Shown here: piece by piece, positions 9,013-18,805 of the stretch
Layout: each line of letters opens with the position of its first letter
Numbering within the stretch: position 1 is the stretch's first letter
Origin: a virus
Reading direction: 5' to 3' (one strand)
IMG/VR virus record: IMGVR_UViG_3300016476_000174
Span: 1-64,000 of that record
DNA length: 64,000 nt
The notes under the pieces: generated by a model
Told to the model about the DNA's origin: nothing
Database searches by the model: none
Seen by the model: the letters and a program-made list of their open reading frames with translations, nothing else
Position numbers and translations under genes: made by a program

Positions 9013-9015
9013 ACT

Positions 9016-9171
9016 ATGGAAGACCCAATTATTGAAGCTGTTATAGAACAGATGAGGAAAGACTTTGAGATGGATGATGTAACAGCTATCTATGAACTAT
9101 TAGAGTCTTTACCAAAGAAGAACTTATTAGGATATCTCCCTGAAGAGGTATCAGAAAAACTAGACAAATAA
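9016..9171 (+). CDS. Small hypothetical protein, 51 aa (not in ORF track)
   Basis: Manual translation MEDPIIEAVIEQMRKD...SEKLDK; fills operon gap. Confidence 0.6.
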   Translation: MEDPIIEAVIEQMRKDFEMDDVTAIYELLESLPKKNLLGYLPEEVSEKLDK

Positions 9172-9176
9172 ATATT

Positions 9177-9344
9177 ATGGAACAACCAATCAAAACATGC
9201 CCTACAAGCATAGCTGATTTAGAAGGAAAGCTTGATGACCTTATTAAGTTTTTAGAGTATGAAGAAGCTATGAGTGTAGATCCTACTACTCAAAGACGTA
9301 TTAGAGCTAAGCTAGTAGAACTTGGTGTATGGCAAGAAAATTAA
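9177..9344 (+). CDS. Small hypothetical protein, 55 aa (not in ORF track)
   Basis: Manual translation MEQPIKTCPT...LGVWQEN; fills operon gap. Confidence 0.6.
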   Translation: MEQPIKTCPTSIADLEGKLDDLIKFLEYEEAMSVDPTTQRRIRAKLVELGVWQEN

Positions 9345-9353
9345 AAAATAGTT

Positions 9354-10382
9354 ATGGAATTAGAAGATATCATGCAGGAGTCTGCAGAATTATTAGAGAA
9401 TGACTTCTATGCAAAGAAGTTTTATTTTAGTTATAGTAGCCTTAACAAGCTCATGTGGAATCCAGCTGTATTTTATCAGCTGTATGTATTAGGGATGAAG
9501 GAAGAGCGTACTGACTCTCATTTAGTACAGGGCAAGATTATTCATGCCCTTCTTTTAGAAGAAGATAAGTTCAATGATCAGTTTGTCATTAGCCCATCTA
9601 AACTTCCAGGTGATTCTATTAAAGCTGTTATTGATAGAGTTTATGCTCATCATGTAGAGATATCTCAAAACGGTGATACAAGAACTGAACTTAAAGATTT
9701 TGATCAGGCTGTATTAGACGTAATGATTGATATGAACTATCATCAGTCACTAAAGACAGACCAACAACGTCTAGATAAGATTATTGTACCTGAAGCAGTA
9801 AGTTATTGGGATTTCCTAAAGAGTAAAGGAGATAAGATACTTATTGATCAGCAAACTTATGACTACTGTAAAAATGCTGTAGACATCATAAAGACCAATA
9901 AGTCTGTATGTGATCTAATTGGCTGTAGTTTAACTGAGTTTGACAATAAAGAAGTATATAACGAGCTACCTTTATCTGTAGAATACAGTGGTGCACCATT
10001 TGGATTAAAAGGAATTATTGATAATCTTGTGATAGATCATGATAAAAGAATTATCTTTATCAACGATATCAAGACTACTAGTAAAGACTTAAAAGACTTT
10101 AAAGAAACTATTGAGTTTTACTCTTATTGGTTGCAAGCAGTTATATACTGTACAATGGTAGCCATTAAGTATCAACAACTTATAGAATCTGGATATGAAC
10201 TTAAGTTTCACTTTGTAGTTATTGATAGAGCGTTCCAAACCTATCCTTTCTATGTTACTGAATCTACTTTAAAAGACTGGTTGACAAGAATGGATAAGGT
10301 ATTAGCAGCAGCTAACTGGCACTATGTTAATAAAAGATACGATCTACCTCATGATTTTGCAGTAGGTAGTGTAGTTTTGTAA
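9354..10382 (+). CDS. PD-(D/E)XK exonuclease (RecE/Cas4-like)
   Basis: FSYSSL, GKIIHALLLE, KGIIDNL, DIKTT and YWLQAVIY motifs. Confidence 0.85.
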   Translation: MELEDIMQESAELLENDFYAKKFYFSYSSLNKLMWNPAVFYQLYVLGMKEERTDSHLVQGKIIHALLLEEDKFNDQFVISPSKLPGDSIKAVIDRVYAHHVEISQNGDTRTELKDFDQAVLDVMIDMNYHQSLKTDQQRLDKIIVPEAVSYWDFLKSKGDKILIDQQTYDYCKNAVDIIKTNKSVCDLIGCSLTEFDNKEVYNELPLSVEYSGAPFGLKGIIDNLVIDHDKRIIFINDIKTTSKDLKDFKETIEFYSYWLQAVIYCTMVAIKYQQLIESGYELKFHFVVIDRAFQTYPFYVTESTLKDWLTRMDKVLAAANWHYVNKRYDLPHDFAVGSVVL

Positions 10383-10394
10383 TCAAATTATAAA

Positions 10395-10955
10395 ATGATA
10401 GACAGCTTATACACAAAATATTTCCAGAAATCTAGATCATTTCTGTTTCCTGCTTTGGGTATAAAGCGTACTAGTAATTATACACCGTCTGGTACTTACC
10501 TTTCCGTAGAAGGATTGGTAAGTCCAGATGATGTAAAGTTAGTTTGTAGCTTTCCTGATGATGACTCTGAAGGATTTAAAGCTTTTGAGCAGCAGATGCT
10601 CTTAAGTAATCCTTTGTTCTTAGAAGTTATCCCTATACAAGGATACAAGCTATATGTATTTGATTTTAAAATATATGAGAAAGACTGGTTTAACTTTATC
10701 CTTGGGAAGTATTCTAAACTATCCACTGTGTTAAAAAGAGCCATTAAAACTTATTATGGTGATAAATCAAGTGAGTATAAGTACATAGAAACCTTTTTAT
10801 TTCCTGAAAAATACTTTTCTGTATACGCTAAACTATTAGACGTAGAGCTAAAAGTAATAGAGGAGATTGGAGAACTATGTGATCCTTGTGATATGGAGAA
10901 AGAAAACTTAAAAATTCCAGTAGAAGATTTGGAAATATTAAAAAAAGGTAGTTAA
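10395..10955 (+). CDS. Hypothetical protein
   Basis: 186-aa ORF with FLFPALG and FILGKYSKL segments; replication operon. Confidence 0.6.
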   Translation: MIDSLYTKYFQKSRSFLFPALGIKRTSNYTPSGTYLSVEGLVSPDDVKLVCSFPDDDSEGFKAFEQQMLLSNPLFLEVIPIQGYKLYVFDFKIYEKDWFNFILGKYSKLSTVLKRAIKTYYGDKSSEYKYIETFLFPEKYFSVYAKLLDVELKVIEEIGELCDPCDMEKENLKIPVEDLEILKKGS

Positions 10956-10960
10956 TTTTG
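10928..10960 (+). promoter_or_regulatory. Bacteroidota primary-sigma promoter
   Basis: TTTG (10928-10931), 21-nt spacer, TAATTTTG (10953-10960), upstream of ATG 10983. Confidence 0.6.
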
Positions 10961-10982
10961 TATAAATAATTAAAACAAACCA

Positions 10983-11387
10983 ATGAAAAATTCAATGATG
11001 TTAGTTACCAGTAGCTGGGGTAATGATAAAACATTTAAGCTGTTACCTATTACACCAGAGTGCCCTTATAACGAGTGCATCTTTGATGTTAGCACTAAAG
11101 TGTTAGCTGTTATCGGTAAAGAAAAGAAAGAATCTTTCCACATGTTACCTAAGTTATCTGATGAGGGTGATGTACAATTCTTAAAGATTGGAAAGAGACC
11201 TAACGGTAAAGATTATAGAGAAGAAAGAAAGATGCTACAAACTTTCTATGAGTATTATATTGAGCATCCACAAGAAATTATTGACTTTCTAAACATGTTT
11301 GCTGTTAATGCAGAGTCGTTTGACTACATGCAGTATTTAGAAAAGAAAGTAGAAGAACCAAAGCAGTCTAGTATCATCACTGCATAA
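10983..11387 (+). CDS. Hypothetical protein
   Basis: 134-aa ORF bracketed by a promoter and a terminator. Confidence 0.6.
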   Translation: MKNSMMLVTSSWGNDKTFKLLPITPECPYNECIFDVSTKVLAVIGKEKKESFHMLPKLSDEGDVQFLKIGKRPNGKDYREERKMLQTFYEYYIEHPQEIIDFLNMFAVNAESFDYMQYLEKKVEEPKQSSIITA

Positions 11388-11413
11388 TTTTGTCCTGTTT
11401 ATATATACCAATT

Positions 11414-11437
11414 AAGGCAGAATATCTGCCTTTTTTT
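11414..11437 (+). terminator. Intrinsic terminator
   Basis: AAGGCAGA-ATA-TCTGCCTT followed by a T tract. Confidence 0.75.
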
Positions 11438-11476
11438 GGCGGCAAAAAGGGGAAACAGCTTAACTGAATTATAATT

Positions 11477-13417
11477 ATGGAAGAAAAAAAGCCTACCCAT
11501 TGGGTAATGGACTATGAAACACTAGTCAATTGTTTTATTGGTGTATTTCAGCACTACAAGGATGAGTCTATTAGAAAGACTTTTATCATATATAAAGATC
11601 GTAACGACCTTCCTGAGTTTGTAAACTTTCTTAATGAGTGTAAAGATAAGAACCAATGGCATATTAGCTACAATGGTTTAGCTTTTGACGCTCAGATTAG
11701 TCAGCATATTCTAGATAAGCAACGTCAGCTACTAACTCTTAGTACAGAAGATGTTATTAAAGACATCTATGCTTTTGCACAGAAGACAATCTCTCTTAAA
11801 GATCAGAATAGTTTTTTAGAATACTCTCCTGCTAAGATAAAAATTAGACAGATAGATTTGTTTAAGATGAACCACTGGGACAATCGTGCCAAGATGAGTA
11901 GTCTTAAATGGATACAGTATTCTATGGATTGGGAGAATGTAGAAGAGATGCCACATCATCATACTGCTCCTGTAGAAACAGATGAGCAGCTTAAAATGAT
12001 TACGGAGTATTGTGTAAATGACGTACTAAGTACTAAGAAAGTACTAGAGCATTCTAAAGAGCAGATAGTATTGAGACAAACTCTTACTAAAGAATATGGT
12101 ATTGATCTCTATTCTGCATCAGAGCCTAGAATATCTAAAGAGTTGTTCTTACATTTTCTATCACAGAAACTAGGATGGGACAAGGGTCATATCAAGACAC
12201 TTAGAACACATCATAGAGAGATCTATTTAGGTCAGTGTATACTTCCTTACATTAGTTTTAAGACTGATCACTTCCAAAGAATGTTTGATTATCTACGTAC
12301 ACAGGTAATTATATCCACTAAGAATGGATTTAAGTACACTGTAGACTATAGAGGTATGAAAACTGACTACGGTCTAGGCGGTATCCACGGGGCCCGTGAT
12401 GCAGGAGTATATGAAGCTAAGCCTGGGTATACTATTATGACCTCTGATGTTACTTCTTTCTATCCTAATCTAGCTATTCGTAATGGCTTCCACCCAGCAC
12501 ATCTACCTAAAGAAGAGTTTTGTGAACTGTACGAATGGTTCTTTGAAGAGCGTAAGAAGATTCCTAAGTCTGATCCTAAGAACTATGTATACAAGATTAT
12601 TCTTAACAGTACATATGGTCTAACAGGTGACGAAAACAGTTTTCTATATGATCCTCGTATGACTATGCAGATTACTATCAACGGTCAACTTAGCTTAAGT
12701 ATGCTTTATGAAATGATCTGTGAAGAGATTCCTGAAGCTATACCACTTATGCAAAACACTGATGGTCTTGAGACATTGATACCAAACTCTTATGTAGAGA
12801 AGTATCATGAAATCTGTGACCGCTGGTGTAAGATGACTATGCTTGAACTAGAACATGATGAATATTCTAAGATGATCATCAGAGATGTAAACAATTACAT
12901 AGCTGTTTCTAAGTCAGGTAAAGTAAAATGCAAAGGTGCATTTGAGTGGGAGGATCTAGACAAAAAGAAAGTAGCAGTATTCCATAAGAACAAAAGCTTC
13001 CTTATTATTCCTAAAGCTATCTATGCTTACTTTACAAAAGGGATAAAACCTGAAGACTTCTTAGCAGCTAATCAAAGTATATTTGACTATTGTGCAGGTA
13101 TAAAAGCTAAGGGTGGATGGTACTTTGAGTTAAGAGATCTTAAAGAAGGTGAGTTAGTATCTACAAGACTACAAAAGATTGTAAGATATTATGTTTCTAA
13201 TAGAGGTGGTAAACTAGTCAAGTGTCATGCAGATGGAAGACTTATTCAAGTAGAATCTGGGCAGTGGCTACAAACTACTCTAAACGAAATAAACGAAACA
13301 AGACCTTTTGAGTCTTATGGGATTAATACTAGTTACTATCTAGATCAGATCTATAAAGAGATTCATCAGATAGAAAAAGAAAAGAGTTTATCATTTACAC
13401 AACTATCATTATTTTAA
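11477..13417 (+). CDS. polB: DNA polymerase family B
   Basis: Exo motifs DYET and YNGLAFD; Pol motifs SDVTSFYPN, KIILNSTYG and NTDG. Confidence 0.93.
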   Translation: MEEKKPTHWVMDYETLVNCFIGVFQHYKDESIRKTFIIYKDRNDLPEFVNFLNECKDKNQWHISYNGLAFDAQISQHILDKQRQLLTLSTEDVIKDIYAFAQKTISLKDQNSFLEYSPAKIKIRQIDLFKMNHWDNRAKMSSLKWIQYSMDWENVEEMPHHHTAPVETDEQLKMITEYCVNDVLSTKKVLEHSKEQIVLRQTLTKEYGIDLYSASEPRISKELFLHFLSQKLGWDKGHIKTLRTHHREIYLGQCILPYISFKTDHFQRMFDYLRTQVIISTKNGFKYTVDYRGMKTDYGLGGIHGARDAGVYEAKPGYTIMTSDVTSFYPNLAIRNGFHPAHLPKEEFCELYEWFFEERKKIPKSDPKNYVYKIILNSTYGLTGDENSFLYDPRMTMQITINGQLSLSMLYEMICEEIPEAIPLMQNTDGLETLIPNSYVEKYHEICDRWCKMTMLELEHDEYSKMIIRDVNNYIAVSKSGKVKCKGAFEWEDLDKKKVAVFHKNKSFLIIPKAIYAYFTKGIKPEDFLAANQSIFDYCAGIKAKGGWYFELRDLKEGELVSTRLQKIVRYYVSNRGGKLVKCHADGRLIQVESGQWLQTTLNEINETRPFESYGINTSYYLDQIYKEIHQIEKEKSLSFTQLSLF

Positions 13418-13426
13418 TATACAATC

Positions 13427-14248
13427 ATGCCAGTAAAAACAATTTTTGAATCAGAACATTATTTAAGAAACTGTAACTTACCTAACCATGGTAAGTCTTA
13501 CACAGTTATTCCACATGGAGCAATTATAGATGAAGCTAGAACTCAGTTGGCAGCAGCTGGTTTTACCATCACAAAAGAATTATATAAAACTACAATTAGT
13601 GGTGATGTAGCACAAGGTATTTATCATTTAGAATCAGGTAATGATCCAGACATGGGTCTTATGTTTGTCTGGTCAAATAGTTATAACAAGACTATGGCAT
13701 TTAAGTGTGCTGTTGGTGCACAAGTATTCATCTGTATGAATGGTGTAGTATCAGGAGATTTAGGTAGCTATCGTAGAAGACACAGTGGCTCAGCATTATC
13801 AGATATGAGTATCTCTATGCAAGAACAGTTATCTAATGCTTCTAAATACTATGATGATCTTATTCAAGACAAGCAAATGCTTAAAGATATTACTCTTTCT
13901 ACAAGAGAAAAAGGTACCATTTTAGGTAGACTATTTGCTGAAGATGAGATCCTTACACTTACTCAGGTAGGTATAGTAAAACGTGAGATTGATAAACCAA
14001 CTCACAGCTATAGTACTAATCCAGATAGTGCCTGGGATATGTACAATCATATTACATTAGCTCTTAAGGAGTCTCATCCTATGAGTTATTTATCTGATCA
14101 TCAAAGAGTACATAAGTTCTTTGTTACAGAATTTAAGAATAGTATTCTTCCTGCTAATGCTGTAGTAGAATATGTAGAACCTACAATTGTAGAAGTTCCA
14201 GAAAACTACGAAGAAGTAATGGCAGACTTTGGAGTAAACTTTATTTAA
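13427..14248 (+). CDS. DUF932-like protein
   Basis: NSYNKTMAF...QVFICMNG and SAWDMYNHIT motifs. Confidence 0.65.
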   Translation: MPVKTIFESEHYLRNCNLPNHGKSYTVIPHGAIIDEARTQLAAAGFTITKELYKTTISGDVAQGIYHLESGNDPDMGLMFVWSNSYNKTMAFKCAVGAQVFICMNGVVSGDLGSYRRRHSGSALSDMSISMQEQLSNASKYYDDLIQDKQMLKDITLSTREKGTILGRLFAEDEILTLTQVGIVKREIDKPTHSYSTNPDSAWDMYNHITLALKESHPMSYLSDHQRVHKFFVTEFKNSILPANAVVEYVEPTIVEVPENYEEVMADFGVNFI

Positions 14249-14254
14249 ACTAAT

Positions 14255-14278
14255 GGGGGAAATTCATTTTTCCCCCTT
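14255..14278 (+). terminator. Intrinsic terminator-like hairpin
   Basis: GGGGGAAA/TTTCCCCC stem with a short T tail. Confidence 0.6.
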
Positions 14279-14291
14279 AATATAATTTATT

Positions 14292-14633
14292 ATGAAATGG
14301 TATAAACTAAATGAAGACCACAGTGTAGAAGTACTACCTGATGGTGAGTATCCTAAAGAAGATTCTTTTAACGGACCTACTAAACATGTAGGTAATAACT
14401 ACATAGGTGATCAAAGAGTATCTACAGTGTTTTTATTTTTTGATCATGGTTTGAACTTTGGCACACCTACTGAACCATCTGATCCAGTGTTATTTGAATC
14501 TATGATTTTTGGTGGCACACATAATGAGTATCAACGTAGATACTGTACATATGATGAGGCTCTAGAAGGACATAACAACTTAGTTAAAGCTTTAGAAGAA
14601 GAAAGACATCCTGATTTTTACTTTAACGATTAA
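14292..14633 (+). CDS. Hypothetical phage protein
   Basis: VSTVFL..DH...P.LFESMIFGG...RY.T..EA..GH is a widespread small phage family. Confidence 0.65.
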   Translation: MKWYKLNEDHSVEVLPDGEYPKEDSFNGPTKHVGNNYIGDQRVSTVFLFFDHGLNFGTPTEPSDPVLFESMIFGGTHNEYQRRYCTYDEALEGHNNLVKALEEERHPDFYFND

Positions 14634-14643
14634 AACTAATATT

Positions 14644-15387
14644 ATGATTATAGGTGTTTCAGGGTACAGTGGGTCAGGAAAAGATCTAGTTGGTACAATT
14701 ATACAATACTTAGTTGCTAATAACCAAACTGGTTATAATAATAGCAGCACTTCATTAAAAGATATAATAAAGTCTCAAGATGAACATGAATGGTGGTTAG
14801 AAGAACAATCCGGTTGGGAAATAAAGAAATGGGCAGGTAAACTTAAAGAAATAGCTTCTATGCTTACAGGTATACCTAAGCATAAATTTGAAGACCAGGA
14901 ATTCAAGAAGACTGACTTACCTGAAGAATGGAATGAAATACGATCTACTATTAGATATACTCAGAAAGGTTCTTATATAACAGCACAGTTTGTACCAATG
15001 ACTGTAAGAAACTTCTTACAAAAACTTGGTACAGATGGATTAAGAGATGGTCTACATGAAAATGTATGGGTTAATGCTCTTATATCTGATTACATACCTG
15101 ATGATGTACAATGGGCTGACGGCCCGTTAGGTGGATATGAACCTGGTACAGAATTTCCTAATTGGGTTATTACAGATACACGTTTTCCTAATGAAGCAGA
15201 TGCTATCAGAAAGAAAGATGGTATACTAATTCGTGTAGAACGTCCAGGTGTTAAACCAGTAAATAATCATCCTTCTGAGACTAGTCTAGATGATTATAAC
15301 TTTGATCATTATGTACCTAACGATGGTACTATTGAAGATTTAGCAGAAAAAATTAAAGATATATTAAAGTTTCACAAGATTATATAA
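14644..15387 (+). CDS. Deoxynucleoside monophosphate kinase
   Basis: IIGVSGYSGSGKD, LQKLGTD, ITDTRFPNE and HPSET motifs (T4 gp1-like). Confidence 0.88.
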   Translation: MIIGVSGYSGSGKDLVGTIIQYLVANNQTGYNNSSTSLKDIIKSQDEHEWWLEEQSGWEIKKWAGKLKEIASMLTGIPKHKFEDQEFKKTDLPEEWNEIRSTIRYTQKGSYITAQFVPMTVRNFLQKLGTDGLRDGLHENVWVNALISDYIPDDVQWADGPLGGYEPGTEFPNWVITDTRFPNEADAIRKKDGILIRVERPGVKPVNNHPSETSLDDYNFDHYVPNDGTIEDLAEKIKDILKFHKII

Positions 15388-15788
15388 TGGGACAAATATT
15401 ACCTAGAAATCATAAGATGTATAATCTTATAGTCTACTATGCACTGTGTGGTATGGTGACTAACTTTTTAGAAGAGAATGTTCTTCCTGATAAATCATTA
15501 ATGAAACAACGTATTAAGTTGTTAACCAAGCAGTTACATCAAGAGCTTCAAAGACCAGTAGATGACTTCTTTAGTAAGATTAAAAAAGATGGTCATGAAG
15601 ATGGTGTATACGATGGTCAAGATATGACTGAACTATTCCAGATTGCTACTACAGCAATGGAACATTATTTTAGACTTAGCTTACAGATAGAAGACTTAGA
15701 TAGTATTAAGAAACAAGGATTGACAACACAGCTTAATATTTTACTTAAATCTTATGATCTAGAGCCTATGAGTATACCAACTTATTAG
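15387..15788 (+). CDS. Hypothetical protein
   Basis: 133-aa ORF, translationally coupled to the upstream gene. Confidence 0.55.
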   Translation: MGQILPRNHKMYNLIVYYALCGMVTNFLEENVLPDKSLMKQRIKLLTKQLHQELQRPVDDFFSKIKKDGHEDGVYDGQDMTELFQIATTAMEHYFRLSLQIEDLDSIKKQGLTTQLNILLKSYDLEPMSIPTY

Positions 15789-15789
15789 T

Positions 15790-16644
15790 ATGGAGATAAT
15801 CTATCAAAAAACAAAAACCCTTGTTACCCGTGATAATGGAAGAAGTTCGGATGCTATTAGTCCGAACTTCATCTACGGGTGTTTAGGTGGTTGTATGAGT
15901 TCATACTGTTATGTAGGCAGATACAATCATGATAGAGTGTATATAAATCAAAATGTAGTAGATATCTTTGATTCTATTAGTGGCTGGGTAGATAAAAAAC
16001 CCTGGCCTAAGATTATTAATCAGGTTGATCCTGTCTACTATACAGTAGACATAGGATGCAGCACTGATGTAGCTTTAATGAGTAAGCACTATAACTGGCA
16101 GCATGTGTTTGACTATTTTAGTTTTGCTAAAGCTAGAGCTAAGTCTACATTTGCTACTAAGTATCCAACCATGTTTGTAGATAAAAACTACGACCTTGTT
16201 AAATATAAACACCGTATCCGGGTAAGTTTAATGCCTCAGATATACTCTGATGTATTAGAACCACATACAGATACCATAGAAGAACGTATTGCTTCTATAC
16301 CAAAGCTTCAAGAAAAGATGGAAGTTCATATTAACTTCAGTCCTATTATATATACGGACGGTTGGTTAGATGAGTACCGTAAGTTATTTGAACAACTTAA
16401 AGCTGCTAATATAGATGTTAAGTGTGAGTGTATATTCCTTACACATAATTTACATCAGCATAAGCGTAATAGCCCGGAAGTACAAAGTCTCTTATGGCGT
16501 CCTGATATACAAGAAGCTAAAGATTCTCAGTATGCACCAGATAATATACGTTATCAATGGTTACTTAAGAAGCAAATGGTCAGTGATTTTACTGGTCTTT
16601 ATGCAGAGTATTTTGACCCAACTAACATTAGATATATATTTTAA
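15790..16644 (+). CDS. Spore photoproduct lyase family radical SAM protein
   Basis: R.NGRSSD.I.P, GCLGGCMSSYCYV, DIGCSTD, FATKY, RIRVSLMP, VHINFSP and IFLTHN motifs. Confidence 0.82.
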   Translation: MEIIYQKTKTLVTRDNGRSSDAISPNFIYGCLGGCMSSYCYVGRYNHDRVYINQNVVDIFDSISGWVDKKPWPKIINQVDPVYYTVDIGCSTDVALMSKHYNWQHVFDYFSFAKARAKSTFATKYPTMFVDKNYDLVKYKHRIRVSLMPQIYSDVLEPHTDTIEERIASIPKLQEKMEVHINFSPIIYTDGWLDEYRKLFEQLKAANIDVKCECIFLTHNLHQHKRNSPEVQSLLWRPDIQEAKDSQYAPDNIRYQWLLKKQMVSDFTGLYAEYFDPTNIRYIF

Positions 16645-16651
16645 AAAAATT

Positions 16652-16861
16652 ATGAACAAAGAAGAAATAAAAAAGGATATATCTGTAAGTAGTAGATTAC
16701 AGTATATTACGGATGAAAAAGATGTTAAAGTAGCTAACTTTATTATGAACTATGCTTTTAAAGATGATAAAGAAGTATATACTAATGGAACAATACTTGT
16801 ACCTCTTTACAGAGTATTAGATGCAATATCTCAAAAAGGTGAGCAGTATCAAGAAGGATAA
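16652..16861 (+). CDS. Hypothetical protein
   Basis: Likely start MNKEEIK at 16652. Confidence 0.5.
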   Translation: MNKEEIKKDISVSSRLQYITDEKDVKVANFIMNYAFKDDKEVYTNGTILVPLYRVLDAISQKGEQYQEG

Positions 16862-16872
16862 AAAAATAACAC

Positions 16873-17103
16873 ATGAACAGACAAACTCCTGTAGAAAGAC
16901 TAGCAGACTATGTACGATCAAGGTATGAAACTACTACAGTATTTGATAATCTTGTAAGTAATTTATTACAAAGAGAAATGCTGCAGCGTGTAGAAGACTA
17001 TAATGCCGGACATGCTGATGGTCTATGCAATCATATTAATGATGCTAACAATTATATAAACGAACAAAACTATTTAAAAGATGACAAAGATACTGCACAT
17101 TAG
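16873..17103 (+). CDS. Hypothetical protein
   Basis: QTPVE.L...Y..G pattern of small Bacteroidota-phage proteins. Confidence 0.55.
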   Translation: MNRQTPVERLADYVRSRYETTTVFDNLVSNLLQREMLQRVEDYNAGHADGLCNHINDANNYINEQNYLKDDKDTAH

Positions 17104-17779
17104 TGACACCCATGGGTTTCACAATCAGTTCCCTGCAAGTACTTGGGAAGGTATAGACATAGTAGTCCATAGTGGAGACTGCTCTAATTGGAGAGATGTC
17201 GGTAGAAATATACAGGAAGTACATAACTTTCTTAATTGGTATGAAATGGTCCCAGTTAAACATAAAATATTTGTAGCTGGTAATCATGACACTTCTATAG
17301 AAAGAAATAAATGGGCTCCAAGTGAATTTACTGATCGTGGTATTACTTATTTACAAAATAGTGAAGTTGTAATAGATGGTATTAAGTTTTATGGATCTCC
17401 TATTACACCTACTTTTGGAGATTGGGCATTTATGAAAGACAGAGCAAAGACTCATGAAGTTTGGGCAAAGATACCAGATGATACTGATGTACTTATAGTT
17501 CACGGTCCTCCTAAAGGAATACGAGATCTTTCGTTTGACAGACACGGACAATTAGAGTTCTGTGGTGACCTATCACTTACTAAAAGATGTTGGGCTCTAA
17601 AAGACACACTAAAGTTAGTTTGTTTTGGTCATATCCATAATATGGATGGAGTAGATACTAACCAAGGTGTCTCTACCTACTCACGTACAAAGACAGTATT
17701 TTCTAATGCAGCTTGTGTATATGATGGAAAGTTTGATCGTGGACTAACTTCTTTTGGAAACGTGCTAGAAGTTCAATAA
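17081..17779 (+). CDS. Calcineurin-like metallophosphoesterase (MPPED-like)
   Basis: SDTHG, HSGD, AGNHD, VHGPP and FGHIH motifs. Confidence 0.9.
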   Translation: MTKILHISDTHGFHNQFPASTWEGIDIVVHSGDCSNWRDVGRNIQEVHNFLNWYEMVPVKHKIFVAGNHDTSIERNKWAPSEFTDRGITYLQNSEVVIDGIKFYGSPITPTFGDWAFMKDRAKTHEVWAKIPDDTDVLIVHGPPKGIRDLSFDRHGQLEFCGDLSLTKRCWALKDTLKLVCFGHIHNMDGVDTNQGVSTYSRTKTVFSNAACVYDGKFDRGLTSFGNVLEVQ

Positions 17780-17821
17780 TTTTAAGTATATTATATAACC
17801 GAGACTCTTTAAAATTAGCCT

Positions 17822-18052
17822 ATGAAAATAGGAAAACACTGTACAGATTGTACACGCTGGTACCCTTTATTTATGTTTAAGACTGATACAAGAAAATTTC
17901 AGTTAAAAATAGCATTAGGTAAGGTGAGAGTGTGTAGAATTTGTACATTTGTAAAATCTGGAAAAGGATCTGTAACAAGATGGGATGGTAATAATTTTCA
18001 TAATGTTACTCTTACTTTTAAAGATAGACTAAAAGAATTATTTAGTAAATAA
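17822..18052 (+). CDS. Small Zn-finger-like protein
   Basis: CTDC...CRIC. Confidence 0.5.
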   Translation: MKIGKHCTDCTRWYPLFMFKTDTRKFQLKIALGKVRVCRICTFVKSGKGSVTRWDGNNFHNVTLTFKDRLKELFSK

Positions 18053-18064
18053 ACCAAACAATCT

Positions 18065-18295
18065 ATGAAAGATAAATGCGTATCATGTGGTGTAGAAACC
18101 GCATATGATGTATCTACTCATGTAGATATGAGACATGGGTATATTGATGGTATGGGTCAGCTATGCAGTAGTTGTTATAATAACGGAACTAATAGAAACC
18201 ATATTCTTATACCTGAAGTGATGATAATGAATACTCCTAATGATAATGAACTAGGAGCTAAAGTCAGAAATTTTTATCATGAGTCAAAAGAGTAA
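18065..18295 (+). CDS. Small Zn-finger-like protein
   Basis: CVSC...GQLCSSC; NDNELG.KVR. Confidence 0.6.
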   Translation: MKDKCVSCGVETAYDVSTHVDMRHGYIDGMGQLCSSCYNNGTNRNHILIPEVMIMNTPNDNELGAKVRNFYHESKE

Positions 18296-18539
18296 CCATA
18301 TAAAAGATCTTATTGATCAAATGTTCATCATAGCCGGCTATCCAGAAGTTGGCTATGATGATATCATTGGTAGAAAAGATAACTGGTATCAGCAGTGGAC
18401 CATGACTGAAGACCAACGTAAAGAGTGGATGGATTGGGGAGTAGCATACTTCCGCAAAAAGAAACGTTGGAATAAGAAAACTGCTGAAAGAGAAATGGCT
18501 TATATTGACCTTTATTGTGGATTAAAATCTGCTGAATGA
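18279..18539 (+). CDS. Hypothetical protein
   Basis: 86-aa Trp-rich ORF overlapping both neighbours. Confidence 0.55.
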   Translation: MSQKSNHIKDLIDQMFIIAGYPEVGYDDIIGRKDNWYQQWTMTEDQRKEWMDWGVAYFRKKKRWNKKTAEREMAYIDLYCGLKSAE

Positions 18540-18805
18540 AAAAATATATTAATGCTATATTAAGCATAGCTACTCTAGGATTATTATTCTATACTCTAAT
18601 TGATCTTAAAGAACAGGTCAAACAAATACCTGTATTAAAGAAAGAGATAGATAGTCTATCTACTGTTAAAGATAGCCTCACTAATGAGGTATTTATGCGT
18701 GAAATACAAAATGGTAGATATGAGTCTACAATATTTTATTTAGAAGAGACTAATCCTAAAGCAGCAACAGAATTTAAAAACTATTTAGAACATGAAACAG
18801 AGTAA
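18536..18805 (+). CDS. Single-TM coiled-coil protein
   Basis: N-terminal hydrophobic helix followed by heptads. Confidence 0.55.
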   Translation: MKKYINAILSIATLGLLFYTLIDLKEQVKQIPVLKKEIDSLSTVKDSLTNEVFMREIQNGRYESTIFYLEETNPKAATEFKNYLEHETE

